A DNA stretch of 64,000 bases from a virus: positions 1 through 64,000 of IMG/VR virus record IMGVR_UViG_3300025704_002294; one strand, 5' to 3'. The position numbers and the translations under genes were made by a program. Positions 48,894-58,546 of this stretch are shown one piece after another; the first letter of the stretch is position 1, and the number at the start of each line of letters is the position of its first letter. The notes under the pieces are model-generated. The model was given only the letters and a program-made list of their open reading frames with translations. It was not told where the DNA came from and made no database searches.

Positions 48894-51153
48894 AGAAGAC
48901 CTAAACATTGACAAATTACACAAGGTTGTGATGTATGCAGTAGAAAACCTCACTGGAGTAAGTGCATCACAAGTAGAAATCAACAGCCGGATACAATTCT
49001 ATGACGGCATTAATTCAACTGATATACAAGAAACTTTGATTAAAAGTACAGCAGATCTTATATCAGAAGAAACACCAAACTATCAATATGTTGCTGGTAG
49101 ATTAATCAATTACCATTTGCGTAAGCAAGTATACAACACATTTGAACCACCATGTCTTTGTGATATTGTACAAAAAAATATTGATGCTGGTTTTTATGAT
49201 CCAGAATTTGTAGAACTATACACAAAAGAAGAAATCAATGTATTGCAATCTTATATTAAGCATGACAGAGATGAAGATTTAACCTATGCGGCTATGGAAC
49301 AATTTCGTGGCAAGTACCTAGTACAAAATAGAAGTACAGGTGAGATATACGAAACACCACAAGTAGCATATATGATGATTGCGGCAACATTGTTTAGCAA
49401 GTACCCTGCTAAGAAAAGAATGGCGTATGTGAAAGCATACTACGATGCTATTAGTACATTTAGAATTAGTTTACCTACACCAGTAATGGCAGGTGTGCGT
49501 ACACCACAAAGACAATTTAGCAGTTGCGTACTCATTGAAACTGATGATAGTTTGGATAGCATTAACGCAACGTCTAGTGCTGTAGTTAAGTATGTAAGTC
49601 AAAAGGCAGGCATTGGTATAGGTGCAGGTAGTATTAGAGCAATTGGTTCTAAGATTAGGAGTGGAGACGCAACTCACACAGGAGTTATTCCCTTCTACAA
49701 ACTATTCCAATCAGCAGTTAAGTCTTGCTCACAAGGTGGAGTAAGAGGTGGAGCGGCTACACTATACTATCCTATTTGGCATTTAGAAGTTGAAGACTTG
49801 CTAGTATTAAAGAACAACAAAGGTACAGAAGATAATCGTGTACGTCATATGGACTATGGTGTACAGTTTAACAAATTAATGTACGAAAGACTTATTAGTG
49901 GAGGCAATATCACATTGTTCTCGCCTAAAGATGTTCCTGGTTTATATGATTCATTCTTTACCAACCAAGATAAATTTAAAGAATTATATGAAGCGGCAGA
50001 ACGTAAAACAAGTATTAGGAAAAAGTCTATTCCTGCCATTGAATTGTTTAGTTCGTTTGTTCAAGAACGTAAAGATACAGGAAGAATTTATTTAATGAAT
50101 GTTGACCATGCTAATACCCATGGAGCATTTATAGAAGACTTAGCACCAATTAGACAAAGTAATTTATGTTGTGAAATTAATTTACCGACTAAACCGCTTT
50201 CACATATTAATGATAAGGAAGGTGAAATCAGTTTGTGTACATTAAGTGCAGTAAATTGGGGTGTTATCAAAGACTTTGAGGAAATGAACAAAGTATGTAA
50301 GTTAGCAGTTAGAGGGTTAGATGAGTTATTAGACTATCAACAGTATCCTGTGTTAGCGGCTGAACTCAGCACAATGAATAGACGTCCATTAGGTATTGGT
50401 ATTATTAACTTTGCTTATTGGATGGTTAAACACGACATGACATATCAAGAGCCTAACTTAGAATTAATTGATGAGTGGGCAGAAGCATGGAGTTACAGTT
50501 TAATCAAAGCCAGTAATAAACTAGCAATGGAAAAAGGTGCTTGTCCTAAGTCAATGGAAACAAAATACGGACACGGTATTACTCCTAACCAAACATACAA
50601 AAAAGATTTAGATGAACTAGTTAAACACAAAGAAAGACAGAATTGGAAAGAACTAAGAAAGAATCTAGTAGAACATGGTATAAGAAACAGTACGTTAATG
50701 GCACTTATGCCTGCTGAAACATCCGCACAGATTAGTAATAGCACAAATGGTATTGAACCACCACGTGGATATATCAGTATTAAGCAAAGTAAACACGGCG
50801 TATTAAAACAAGTAGTACCAGGCTTTCCTTACTACAAAAACAAATACGACTTGTTATGGGACCAAAAGTCTCCGCAAGGCTATTTAAAAATAATGGCGGT
50901 GTTACAAAAGTACATAGACCAAGGTATTTCGGTAAATACATCGTATAATCCAGAACACTATGAAGACGAAAAAGTACCAATGAGCGTACTGATTCAGGAC
51001 CTCCTAATGTTTTATAAGTATGGCGGCAAACAGTTATACTACAATAACACATACGATGGCCAAGGTGAAATTGATATTAACAAAGATGACAAATTAGAAG
51101 ATTTGCCAATGGGGGAAATCGATGACGAAGACTGCGAATCGTGTAAAATTTAA
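48865..51153 (+). CDS. nrdA: Ribonucleotide reductase class Ia alpha subunit
   Basis: ATP cone VTKRDG, PTP, SSCVL, SQGG.R.G, SNLCCEI, MPAETS, KQLYY and C-terminal CESC. Confidence 0.97.
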   Translation: MKVTKRDGTKEDLNIDKLHKVVMYAVENLTGVSASQVEINSRIQFYDGINSTDIQETLIKSTADLISEETPNYQYVAGRLINYHLRKQVYNTFEPPCLCDIVQKNIDAGFYDPEFVELYTKEEINVLQSYIKHDRDEDLTYAAMEQFRGKYLVQNRSTGEIYETPQVAYMMIAATLFSKYPAKKRMAYVKAYYDAISTFRISLPTPVMAGVRTPQRQFSSCVLIETDDSLDSINATSSAVVKYVSQKAGIGIGAGSIRAIGSKIRSGDATHTGVIPFYKLFQSAVKSCSQGGVRGGAATLYYPIWHLEVEDLLVLKNNKGTEDNRVRHMDYGVQFNKLMYERLISGGNITLFSPKDVPGLYDSFFTNQDKFKELYEAAERKTSIRKKSIPAIELFSSFVQERKDTGRIYLMNVDHANTHGAFIEDLAPIRQSNLCCEINLPTKPLSHINDKEGEISLCTLSAVNWGVIKDFEEMNKVCKLAVRGLDELLDYQQYPVLAAELSTMNRRPLGIGIINFAYWMVKHDMTYQEPNLELIDEWAEAWSYSLIKASNKLAMEKGACPKSMETKYGHGITPNQTYKKDLDELVKHKERQNWKELRKNLVEHGIRNSTLMALMPAETSAQISNSTNGIEPPRGYISIKQSKHGVLKQVVPGFPYYKNKYDLLWDQKSPQGYLKIMAVLQKYIDQGISVNTSYNPEHYEDEKVPMSVLIQDLLMFYKYGGKQLYYNNTYDGQGEIDINKDDKLEDLPMGEIDDEDCESCKI

Positions 51154-52241
51154 TGAGCGTACTTAATACTAAATCAAAATATACTGACAAAAGTAAAATG
51201 TTTTTATCAGAAGACATGGGCATTCAGCGATTTGATGTTTTAAAATATAGACAGTTTGATAAACTCACAGAAAAACAGTTAGGGTTCTTTTGGCGTCCAG
51301 AAGAAGTTGACATTACCAAAGACAGCAAGGATTTTAAAGACTTAACAGACTTTGAACAACACATCTTTACTAGTAATTTAAAAAGACAAATACTGTTAGA
51401 TAGTGTACAAGGACGATCACCTAACTTGGCGTTACTGCCAATTGTCAGTCTACCAGAATTAGAAACTTGGATTGAAACTTGGGCATTCAGTGAAACAATC
51501 CACAGTAAAAGTTATACACATATTATTAGAAATGTGTACCCAGATCCTAGTAAAGTGTTTGATGAGATGATGAGCATTAAAGAAATCATTGATTGTTCAG
51601 ACAGTATAACACAATACTACGATTCATTAATTGAGTATAACAGACTTAGAGAAAACGGCAGTTCTAAATACAGCGAGTATGAACACAAGAGACGTATTTG
51701 GATGTGTTTAATGAGTGTAAACATTTTAGAAGGTGTACGTTTTTATGTATCTTTTGCTTGTAGTTGGGCATTTGCTGAACTTAAGAAAATGGAAGGTAAT
51801 GCTAAGATTATAAAACTTATTGCTAGAGATGAAAATGTTCACCTGGCAAGTACACAACAAATGCTAAAACTTTTACCGCGTGAAGATAAGGACTTTGAAA
51901 AAATATCCAAAGAAACCTATGATGACTGTACACAATTATTTTTAGATGCAGTTGAGCAAGAAAAGAAATGGGCGGACTATTTGTTTAAAGATGGTAGTAT
52001 TATTGGATTAAATGCAGAACTATTAAAACAATATGTAGAATACATTGCAGGTAAAAGAATGCATGCCGTAGGGCAAGAAAAAATTTTTAACACTGGAACT
52101 AATCCGTTACCTTGGACACAAGCATGGATTACAGGTGGCGAAGTTCAAGTAGCACCACAAGAAACTGAAATAAGTAGTTATGTAATTGGTGGTACAAAAC
52201 AAGATGTCGACAAAGAATCCTTTAGCGGCTTTTCATTATAA
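51153..52241 (+). CDS. nrdB: Ribonucleotide reductase class Ia beta subunit
   Basis: FFWRPEE, DSVQGR, ETIHSKSY, LEGVRFY and RDENVH. Confidence 0.97.
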   Translation: MSVLNTKSKYTDKSKMFLSEDMGIQRFDVLKYRQFDKLTEKQLGFFWRPEEVDITKDSKDFKDLTDFEQHIFTSNLKRQILLDSVQGRSPNLALLPIVSLPELETWIETWAFSETIHSKSYTHIIRNVYPDPSKVFDEMMSIKEIIDCSDSITQYYDSLIEYNRLRENGSSKYSEYEHKRRIWMCLMSVNILEGVRFYVSFACSWAFAELKKMEGNAKIIKLIARDENVHLASTQQMLKLLPREDKDFEKISKETYDDCTQLFLDAVEQEKKWADYLFKDGSIIGLNAELLKQYVEYIAGKRMHAVGQEKIFNTGTNPLPWTQAWITGGEVQVAPQETEISSYVIGGTKQDVDKESFSGFSL

Positions 52242-52268
52242 TATAAATATTCACACACAGAGGAACAC

Positions 52269-52565
52269 ATGTTAGTAAATAAATCTCATACAAAAGGTGA
52301 CGTTGTCACAATCAAATTAACCAGCGATACAGAAATCATTACACGTTTTATCAGGCAAGATGAAAATGGTATCACAATAGAAAAGCCTATGGCAGTACAA
52401 ATTACTCAACAAGGATTAGGATTAATGCCGTGGTTGTTTAGTGCTGATGCTTCTAAAGAAATTACTATTTCAAATGAAAAAGTGTTTTGCACTATGGATA
52501 CACTAAAGGATCTTGCTGATCAGTATCTTGAAGGCACTACTGGAATAAGTTTAGCAAAGGCTTAA
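52269..52565 (+). CDS. Conserved small beta-rich hypothetical protein
   Basis: TATAAATA at 52242 and GAGGA SD. Confidence 0.6.
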   Translation: MLVNKSHTKGDVVTIKLTSDTEIITRFIRQDENGITIEKPMAVQITQQGLGLMPWLFSADASKEITISNEKVFCTMDTLKDLADQYLEGTTGISLAKA

Positions 52566-53143
52566 ATAGTAGACAAATCCAAACGGTGTTCAGCAATCAA
52601 AGATTGTTTTTCATCTTCACTTAGTTCTGTTCTACCGGGATTGTTTGGAAATACACAACAAGGTTGCACATTGTAAAAACTGTTATTTTCTTCGCACCAT
52701 TCTCTTCTATAGAACTTGTCAGTACCGTATTTGTCCCATTCGATATGAAGTTTTTTAGCAGGGTCTTGTATTACTGTTATCATATCTTTACCAACTTGCA
52801 CATTAGTATCTCTCTGTAAGCGATCTAAATATCTACCTTCAAATAAACCATAGGCAGGAAATGCCTCAGTATATTCAGGGTGGTCATTATGCCATTGTTC
52901 CATTTCCTGTGGACCAGCCGTTAAAGGCTGATATACACTGAATCTATCTGAATAATTATCACTAATCCATTTCTTTTCATTTTCCCATGGGTCTCCTACA
53001 TCATATTTGCCCATATTAGCAACTTCGTTGCCGTCGGTAATCTTAAGTATGTTGTCGCCGCCGTTATATGACTTGTACATAATATTGTCTATTTTGCAAT
53101 AAACAAAACCTTCTGCTTGATTGTGGGTCCATTCTAGTTTCAT
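52562..53143 (-). CDS. Hypothetical protein (start revised to ATG 53143, MKLEWTHNQ)
   Basis: Minus-strand TAAATA-N5-ATG; the longer start overlaps the PAAR gene antisense. Confidence 0.65.
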   Translation of the reverse strand: MKLEWTHNQAEGFVYCKIDNIMYKSYNGGDNILKITDGNEVANMGKYDVGDPWENEKKWISDNYSDRFSVYQPLTAGPQEMEQWHNDHPEYTEAFPAYGLFEGRYLDRLQRDTNVQVGKDMITVIQDPAKKLHIEWDKYGTDKFYRREWCEENNSFYNVQPCCVFPNNPGRTELSEDEKQSLIAEHRLDLSTI

Positions 53144-53174
53144 ACATGTATTTATTATGATAAATAATATTACT

Positions 53175-53438
53175 ATGTCAAAAGCCGCACTTAATGGAAT
53201 ATCAGTTGCAGGAGGTCCTGCAGTTGCATCAGCAACAAAAACAACTATTGAATCTTTACAGCCTGTAAGAATAGACGATTCAGTTACAGGGCACGGTGAT
53301 TCACCGCATGGCAATCCCACAGTTGCAGAAGCCTCATCTAAAGTTAGAATTGAAGGTAAATTTGCTTCAAGAGTAGGAGATGCCGCTTCATGTGGCCATG
53401 CATTAGAAAGTGGTGCTAGTAGAACAAACATTGGATAA
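53175..53438 (+). CDS. PAAR-repeat spike tip protein (T4 gp5.4-like)
   Basis: PVRIDD.V.GHG..PH, ASRVGD..SCGH; start ATG 53175 after TAAATA 53161. Confidence 0.85.
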   Translation: MSKAALNGISVAGGPAVASATKTTIESLQPVRIDDSVTGHGDSPHGNPTVAEASSKVRIEGKFASRVGDAASCGHALESGASRTNIG

Positions 53439-54471
53439 ACTATTTAATAACAAATGTGAACTAGACGAACGCAAATATTTCAAAGTTTTGCGTGACGACA
53501 TAGATAAGACCGAACTTAGAGAATACAAAAAAGACATTCTATATCTTGGTGGCGAAATTGAGCGACAAAAAGCATTAACTACTCGTGCAAATACAAACAA
53601 AACTTTATCGGAGTTTGACGACAGTTACGAGTACATTGTCTCCACTGTAAAAAAAGATCTTAATTATAAAAACTTTGATGACCTATTCGAAAAGGTATAT
53701 AGAGAAAAGTTAGAGTCAATACCTCATAATGTTTTCATAAGTGGTGGTATTGATAGCACCACATTATATAACGTGCTTAAACGCAAGGACATTGCGTTTA
53801 AACCGTATTGTATACGATACAAATCGCAGGGCACAGTATTCAACGATTATGAAATAAAAAATATTGCTGACGATGTTGTAACAATAGATTTTGATATTTT
53901 AAAGTTTTTTGATAGTGGCGATTTTTTAGAAACAGCACAAAAATATCATTGCGTTACTCCACAGTTTTTACCATTATTAAAAGCATTTGAATCAATAGAC
54001 GGGCCTATAATAGAAACATCAAGTGCACCAAATGGCAGTATAAATAACAATGTATCAGTTGATAGATTAAGTACAAAGTACTTGTCTTATAGATATGCTC
54101 TAGATTTAAGAAACGACAATAGTATATTTAATTTTTATAGAAGTCATCATTTTATAGATCAATTATCTACAAATGTGTATAAAAAGTTAAATAGCAAATA
54201 TAAAAGAGATGTATCGCGAGGAGCAGGCGTAGATGCATGGGATCAGGAATACAACATCAAAATACAATTATATAAAAATATTTTTGATACAGTTGGCCAT
54301 AAGGCTGTCAAATTCACTGGTTTTGAGGCACTGAAAACTTGGTATGCAGATAAATATATAGGTAACGATCCTTATCTGCAAGTGTTCGATAAACATTTTA
54401 GACAACCATTGCTAAAACGCAACATTGACAAGTTTAAGGATTTATTAATTATAAACATATTAAAGGGATAA
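53410..54471 (+). CDS. PP-loop (asparagine-synthetase-like) ATP pyrophosphatase
   Basis: VFISGGIDSTT PP-loop; KFTGFE C-terminal motif; no glutaminase domain seen. Confidence 0.55.
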   Translation: MVLVEQTLDKLFNNKCELDERKYFKVLRDDIDKTELREYKKDILYLGGEIERQKALTTRANTNKTLSEFDDSYEYIVSTVKKDLNYKNFDDLFEKVYREKLESIPHNVFISGGIDSTTLYNVLKRKDIAFKPYCIRYKSQGTVFNDYEIKNIADDVVTIDFDILKFFDSGDFLETAQKYHCVTPQFLPLLKAFESIDGPIIETSSAPNGSINNNVSVDRLSTKYLSYRYALDLRNDNSIFNFYRSHHFIDQLSTNVYKKLNSKYKRDVSRGAGVDAWDQEYNIKIQLYKNIFDTVGHKAVKFTGFEALKTWYADKYIGNDPYLQVFDKHFRQPLLKRNIDKFKDLLIINILKG

Positions 54472-54475
54472 TAAA

Positions 54476-56179
54476 ATGGCTGTTAAATCATATATCGTAT
54501 CGTTTGAACACGAACACATAGATGGTGATTCTGTTACTTTTAACCAGTCTGGGACAGAATCTGCACTAACGGGTGCAGGTGCAACAATAGATAGTAGTTT
54601 TGATCATGCTAAGTCTGGTATGTACAAGATAGATATTGACGAGACTAACATAAGTAGCATTTCATCACTTTCAGGTTACGTTGCATCAGAAAATGTAACA
54701 GACCAAGCAGATGCCACACTATTAATAAGTGAAGCAACAAGCGAATGGCACAAACAAAGAATAGTAACTAGAAACTTACCACTAAGGACAACATTTGATC
54801 CTGTATATACAGGCTCTGGCTCAATGGTGTATTTAATGGACAGTGGTGTTGACCAAGGTCACCCAGAGTTCTCAGGAAAAAGTTTTGAACCTATATATTC
54901 AGTATTAGAATCACCCGGTGGATTTGCTGAATTTATAGAAGACGGCAACGCCGGTACAGATTTTGATACATCAGACAAACACGGTCATGGAACAGCAATG
55001 GCTAGTTTAATCAATGGTGCTACATACGGTGTAGCCGGAGATGCCACAATAGGAATTGTAAAAATTTCCGATCCCTCAGTAGATGGCGGTGCTATCAAAT
55101 TAGAAAATGTACTAAATGCATTCAAGGCAATGAGATTAGCAGACATTAATTTCCTTGATTCCAGTCTTGAATCCTCTTATACTAATACACCAACTGTATG
55201 CATGGCTTGGAGTTTTCCAAAATCACAAGTACTAGACAGATATGTTTCCTTAATGCAAAATCGCGAAGGCTTCTTAATGGTTGCCGCGGCAGGTAATAAT
55301 GGTGCTGATGTTGATAATTATTCACCAAGCGGTATCAATGAAATTTTAACAGTAGGCGCAAGTGACAGTTCAGATAACGTACCTTCATTCTCAAATGATG
55401 CAGGTGCTATCGTAGAACAAGGTACTGGACTACAAACAAACGGTGGTGAAGAAGTTGATGTATTTGCTCCAGGTGTTGCAGTAAACTATGCAGACATCAG
55501 CAATAGATTAAATGACAGCAATTATACAGGCGTTACAGGCGATGACTTAAAAACTACAGGTAGTGGAACAAGTATATCTTGTGCCATAGTTGCAGGTATG
55601 GGTGCTATGTCTTCACAAAGATTTGGAAGTGCTAGGGCAACAGCAAATGCACTCAAAGAACTAATTATCGAGCAATCATTAACTGGACTACTTTTCCAAG
55701 ATCCAGCATTATACAGTAGTACACCAAATAACATCGTGTTTGCAGAAAACGAATATTATGCAACTGTTTGGAATACAGCCGCTGGTAATTTAGGTGACTT
55801 CCTATTAACAGGAGCAGGCGATATTAATATTAGTTTAGATGTAGCAAATACTGTAACAGATATTTCTGGTTCAGAGTTTGCCGCTATGCCTCCAGCATTA
55901 ACTTTAAGTGGTAATGCATCAGCAGGTTGGAATATTACAGCAGATACTAGTGTAACAGGTACTATGAGCAACACAACCATTTATAACTTTATCCTTACAG
56001 CAACCAAAAACGATAATACCAAATACAACAGACATTTTTCAGTAAGTTTGTTTGGTGGTAGTGAAATTACAGAAGATGAAAGAACTGCAGGTAATGAAAC
56101 ATACTTTGTAAACGATGGCGGCACATTAAGTGAAGTTGTTTATGGTTCAGGTCAATATGCAGGTAGACAGTTAAAATAA
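54476..56179 (+). CDS. Subtilisin-like S8 serine protease with N-terminal prodomain and C-terminal extension
   Basis: YLMDSGV (Asp), HGHGTAMA (His), AAAGN (oxyanion Asn) and SGTSISCA (Ser). Confidence 0.9.
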   Translation: MAVKSYIVSFEHEHIDGDSVTFNQSGTESALTGAGATIDSSFDHAKSGMYKIDIDETNISSISSLSGYVASENVTDQADATLLISEATSEWHKQRIVTRNLPLRTTFDPVYTGSGSMVYLMDSGVDQGHPEFSGKSFEPIYSVLESPGGFAEFIEDGNAGTDFDTSDKHGHGTAMASLINGATYGVAGDATIGIVKISDPSVDGGAIKLENVLNAFKAMRLADINFLDSSLESSYTNTPTVCMAWSFPKSQVLDRYVSLMQNREGFLMVAAAGNNGADVDNYSPSGINEILTVGASDSSDNVPSFSNDAGAIVEQGTGLQTNGGEEVDVFAPGVAVNYADISNRLNDSNYTGVTGDDLKTTGSGTSISCAIVAGMGAMSSQRFGSARATANALKELIIEQSLTGLLFQDPALYSSTPNNIVFAENEYYATVWNTAAGNLGDFLLTGAGDINISLDVANTVTDISGSEFAAMPPALTLSGNASAGWNITADTSVTGTMSNTTIYNFILTATKNDNTKYNRHFSVSLFGGSEITEDERTAGNETYFVNDGGTLSEVVYGSGQYAGRQLK

Positions 56180-56193
56180 AATTAATTTATAAT

Positions 56194-56224
56194 AAAAAGT
56201 AGGCTGGGAACAGCCTATTTTTTT
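56194..56224 (+). terminator. Rho-independent terminator
   Basis: TAGGCTG-GGAA-CAGCCTA followed by T7. Confidence 0.88.
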
Positions 56225-56247
56225 GACTGTACAAAATAAATACTACT

Positions 56248-56724
56248 GTGGAAACAACCAATATATCATTTGAAACTATTTGTCACGTATGGCAGAAACA
56301 TTTATGGCAAAATAGAGTAAGTCCAATTGAAACCCATAGTGCTATGACTTGGCCATATGATGGAAATCCACTAGAATTTGACATGGATATTTTTGACTAT
56401 GAGCCTTCATTTTTTGGTGTAATTACAAATGGTAGAGTTGTTGGTGTAAACAGCGGCCACAGAACAAAAGACAATATTTATAGAAGCAGGGGAATTTGGG
56501 TTGACCATGATGTTAGAAAAAAAGGTGTTGCTCAATTACTATTTAATGCTACAGAAAAACAAGCAATCAAAGAAGGTTGTAATATGATATGGAGCATACC
56601 TCGTAAAAGTGCCTTACCGGCATATACTAAATTTGGCTTTGAAACTATAGGTAACTTTTTTGATGAAGGCATGGAGTTTGGGCCTAACATTTATGTGACT
56701 AAGGTGTTAAATGTATCCAACTAA
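56248..56724 (+). CDS. GNAT acetyltransferase
   Basis: RGIWV...RKKGVA..L acetyl-CoA motif and Y.KFGF. Confidence 0.8.
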   Translation: METTNISFETICHVWQKHLWQNRVSPIETHSAMTWPYDGNPLEFDMDIFDYEPSFFGVITNGRVVGVNSGHRTKDNIYRSRGIWVDHDVRKKGVAQLLFNATEKQAIKEGCNMIWSIPRKSALPAYTKFGFETIGNFFDEGMEFGPNIYVTKVLNVSN

Positions 56725-57730
56725 AGTACACGGACCACGTCCGGAGCACCTGCCTAAAGACATTACTATACAATGGAGCATGGGAAACAGTTGTAACTTT
56801 GAATGTGAATACTGCCCTACCCAATTACACGATGGCAGTTTAGGTTGGCACGACACAAACAAGTATATTGATATAATAGAAAAAATATGTAAACACTATC
56901 AAGAACAAGACAAAGTAGTAAACTTTGAATTTATTGGCGGTGAAGTCACAGTTATACCTGGCTTTATTGATATACTAGAAAAAGTAAAAGAGTACAACGG
57001 ACACAATATAATTTTTACAAATGGTAGCAGAACAGTTAATTGGTGGAGCAAAGCAAAGCATTTAATTGATGACTTAGTTATCAGTTACCACCCACAATCA
57101 ATGGATGAAGACTCGCTTATAGAAATTGCAGAAGAAATAAAAGACTCAGTATATACAAGTTATCAATTAGCAGGTGTAAAAGATTACTTACCTAGATTAG
57201 AACTGTTAGCAGAGAGGCTTAGAACAGTATATAAGCATAGTACAGTACAAGACTACTGGGGTGTTAATATTGCAATAAAAACCATGTACAAAAAACTATT
57301 AGGTCCAGGTGCTAAACAAGATACATTTTATGACTATAGTGGCAATGATTGGCGTATTTTAAATTTACCTACATGGAAAGAAAATCCAGACACGCCCCCA
57401 CCACCACCAGATCCAAATGCACCGCCTCCACCAGAGCCGCACCCAGGTAGATTTTTATTTACATACCAGACACCTGAAGAAACAAACTACTACAATGCAG
57501 ATCAAATTATGGATCAAGGACTAAACAAATTTCAGGGAATGATGTGCCACATAGGTGAGCGAGGTTTTAATATCGACATGCGTGGCAACATTGTTAGCAG
57601 TTGGTGTGGTGCAAAAACTTACGGAAATGTATTTGAAAAAGATTTTGAATTACCTACACCTGATGGTGTAGTGTGTCCACATGAACATTGTAATAATCCA
57701 AAAGATATCCAGATTCTCAAAACTGCCTAA
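56711..57730 (+). CDS. Radical SAM enzyme with C-terminal twitch-like Cys cluster
   Basis: CNFECEYC (CxxxCxxC), GGEVT, TNGS and C-terminal C...WC...C...C. Confidence 0.85.
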   Translation: MYPTKVHGPRPEHLPKDITIQWSMGNSCNFECEYCPTQLHDGSLGWHDTNKYIDIIEKICKHYQEQDKVVNFEFIGGEVTVIPGFIDILEKVKEYNGHNIIFTNGSRTVNWWSKAKHLIDDLVISYHPQSMDEDSLIEIAEEIKDSVYTSYQLAGVKDYLPRLELLAERLRTVYKHSTVQDYWGVNIAIKTMYKKLLGPGAKQDTFYDYSGNDWRILNLPTWKENPDTPPPPPDPNAPPPPEPHPGRFLFTYQTPEETNYYNADQIMDQGLNKFQGMMCHIGERGFNIDMRGNIVSSWCGAKTYGNVFEKDFELPTPDGVVCPHEHCNNPKDIQILKTA

Positions 57731-57886
57731 AACCCCTATAAAATCAATAACATAATATAAATAGACTGTATAAAAGGATATAACTTACTTTTATATTATT
57801 TTTGCCCACATTCAAGATAAAAATTAATAACATGCTAGGTTGTGTGTTGTGTTATTCTATTTTTGGGCATATACAACAGACAACAA

Positions 57887-57973
57887 ATGGAAAAACTTAG
57901 AGACAAAGCAGAGTTATTTACACTAATATCAATATTTTTATTCAGTGTTATCGCACTAACACCTGTAACATGA
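57887..57973 (+). CDS. 28-aa membrane peptide (not in ORF track)
   Basis: MEKLRDKAELFTLISIFLFSVIALTPVT; ATGA overlap with the next ORF. Confidence 0.5.
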   Translation: MEKLRDKAELFTLISIFLFSVIALTPVT

Positions 57974-58098
57974 AATATGCTTTATGTTACATGATGCTAC
58001 TATTTGCCGCACAGACTGATAACATAGCAGGCATTTTACGTGGCTTACGAGATGTAAATCATACACCTTATTATTTGGAACCTAAAAATGAACATTAA
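57970..58098 (+). CDS. 42-aa peptide (not in ORF track)
   Basis: MKYALCYMMLLFAAQTDNIAGILRGLRDVNHTPYYLEPKNEH; translationally coupled. Confidence 0.5.
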   Translation: MKYALCYMMLLFAAQTDNIAGILRGLRDVNHTPYYLEPKNEH

Positions 58099-58156
58099 TC
58101 GACTTTTAAAAACAATTTACAAATACTGGATAGCACCATGGCACCCGATCAAGTAA
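58088..58156 (+). CDS. Possible 22-aa peptide
   Basis: MNINRLLKTIYKYWIAPWHPIK bridges the gap, overlapping both neighbours. Confidence 0.35.
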   Translation: MNINRLLKTIYKYWIAPWHPIK

Positions 58157-58320
58157 GAGACGCAACACCTGAAGAACAAGCAGAGTGGTTTGAAACAGAC
58201 TTCTTTATGAAAGGTGACTTTGATGTACTACAAATGTTTGTGGTTATACCAGCAGTAATCCAAGTAGTAGTATTTGGCTTAATGTTAGCAGTAATGTATT
58301 TAAATACATTCTTCTTTTGA
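58138..58320 (+). CDS. Small membrane protein
   Basis: C-terminal hydrophobic helix. Confidence 0.6.
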   Translation: MAPDQVRDATPEEQAEWFETDFFMKGDFDVLQMFVVIPAVIQVVVFGLMLAVMYLNTFFF

Positions 58321-58478
58321 TCAAAGAAGCAATACAGGCCGTTGTTGGTGTAGGCAAAGACAACAGCCAAATAAAAATCACACCCTTGCGAGTTCTTCTA
58401 TTTGCATTTTTAGTAGCAGGAATATTTTTAGGCACAATTACATTGTTGCTTTTGTTTGCTTCTTTTGTAACAAATTAA
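58317..58478 (+). CDS. Small membrane protein (DUF2970-like; not in ORF track)
   Basis: TTG start overlaps the previous stop; IKEAIQAVVGVG...PLRVLLFAFLVAGIFLGTITLLLLF. Confidence 0.5.
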   Translation: MIKEAIQAVVGVGKDNSQIKITPLRVLLFAFLVAGIFLGTITLLLLFASFVTN

Positions 58479-58546
58479 GGATTTAATAAACCAATTTATC
58501 TGGCAAATAAGGTAAATACATGTAACAATTTATTAAAGTAAAAAAT

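Noticed and set aside
4819-52241. Inteins, introns or homing endonucleases in terL, uvsX, helicase, nrdA and nrdB
   Set aside because: All are normal length with contiguous motifs.
53144-53431. N-terminal extension of the 289-aa minus ORF
   Set aside because: It is antisense to the PAAR gene; TAAATA-N5-ATG supports a start at 53143.
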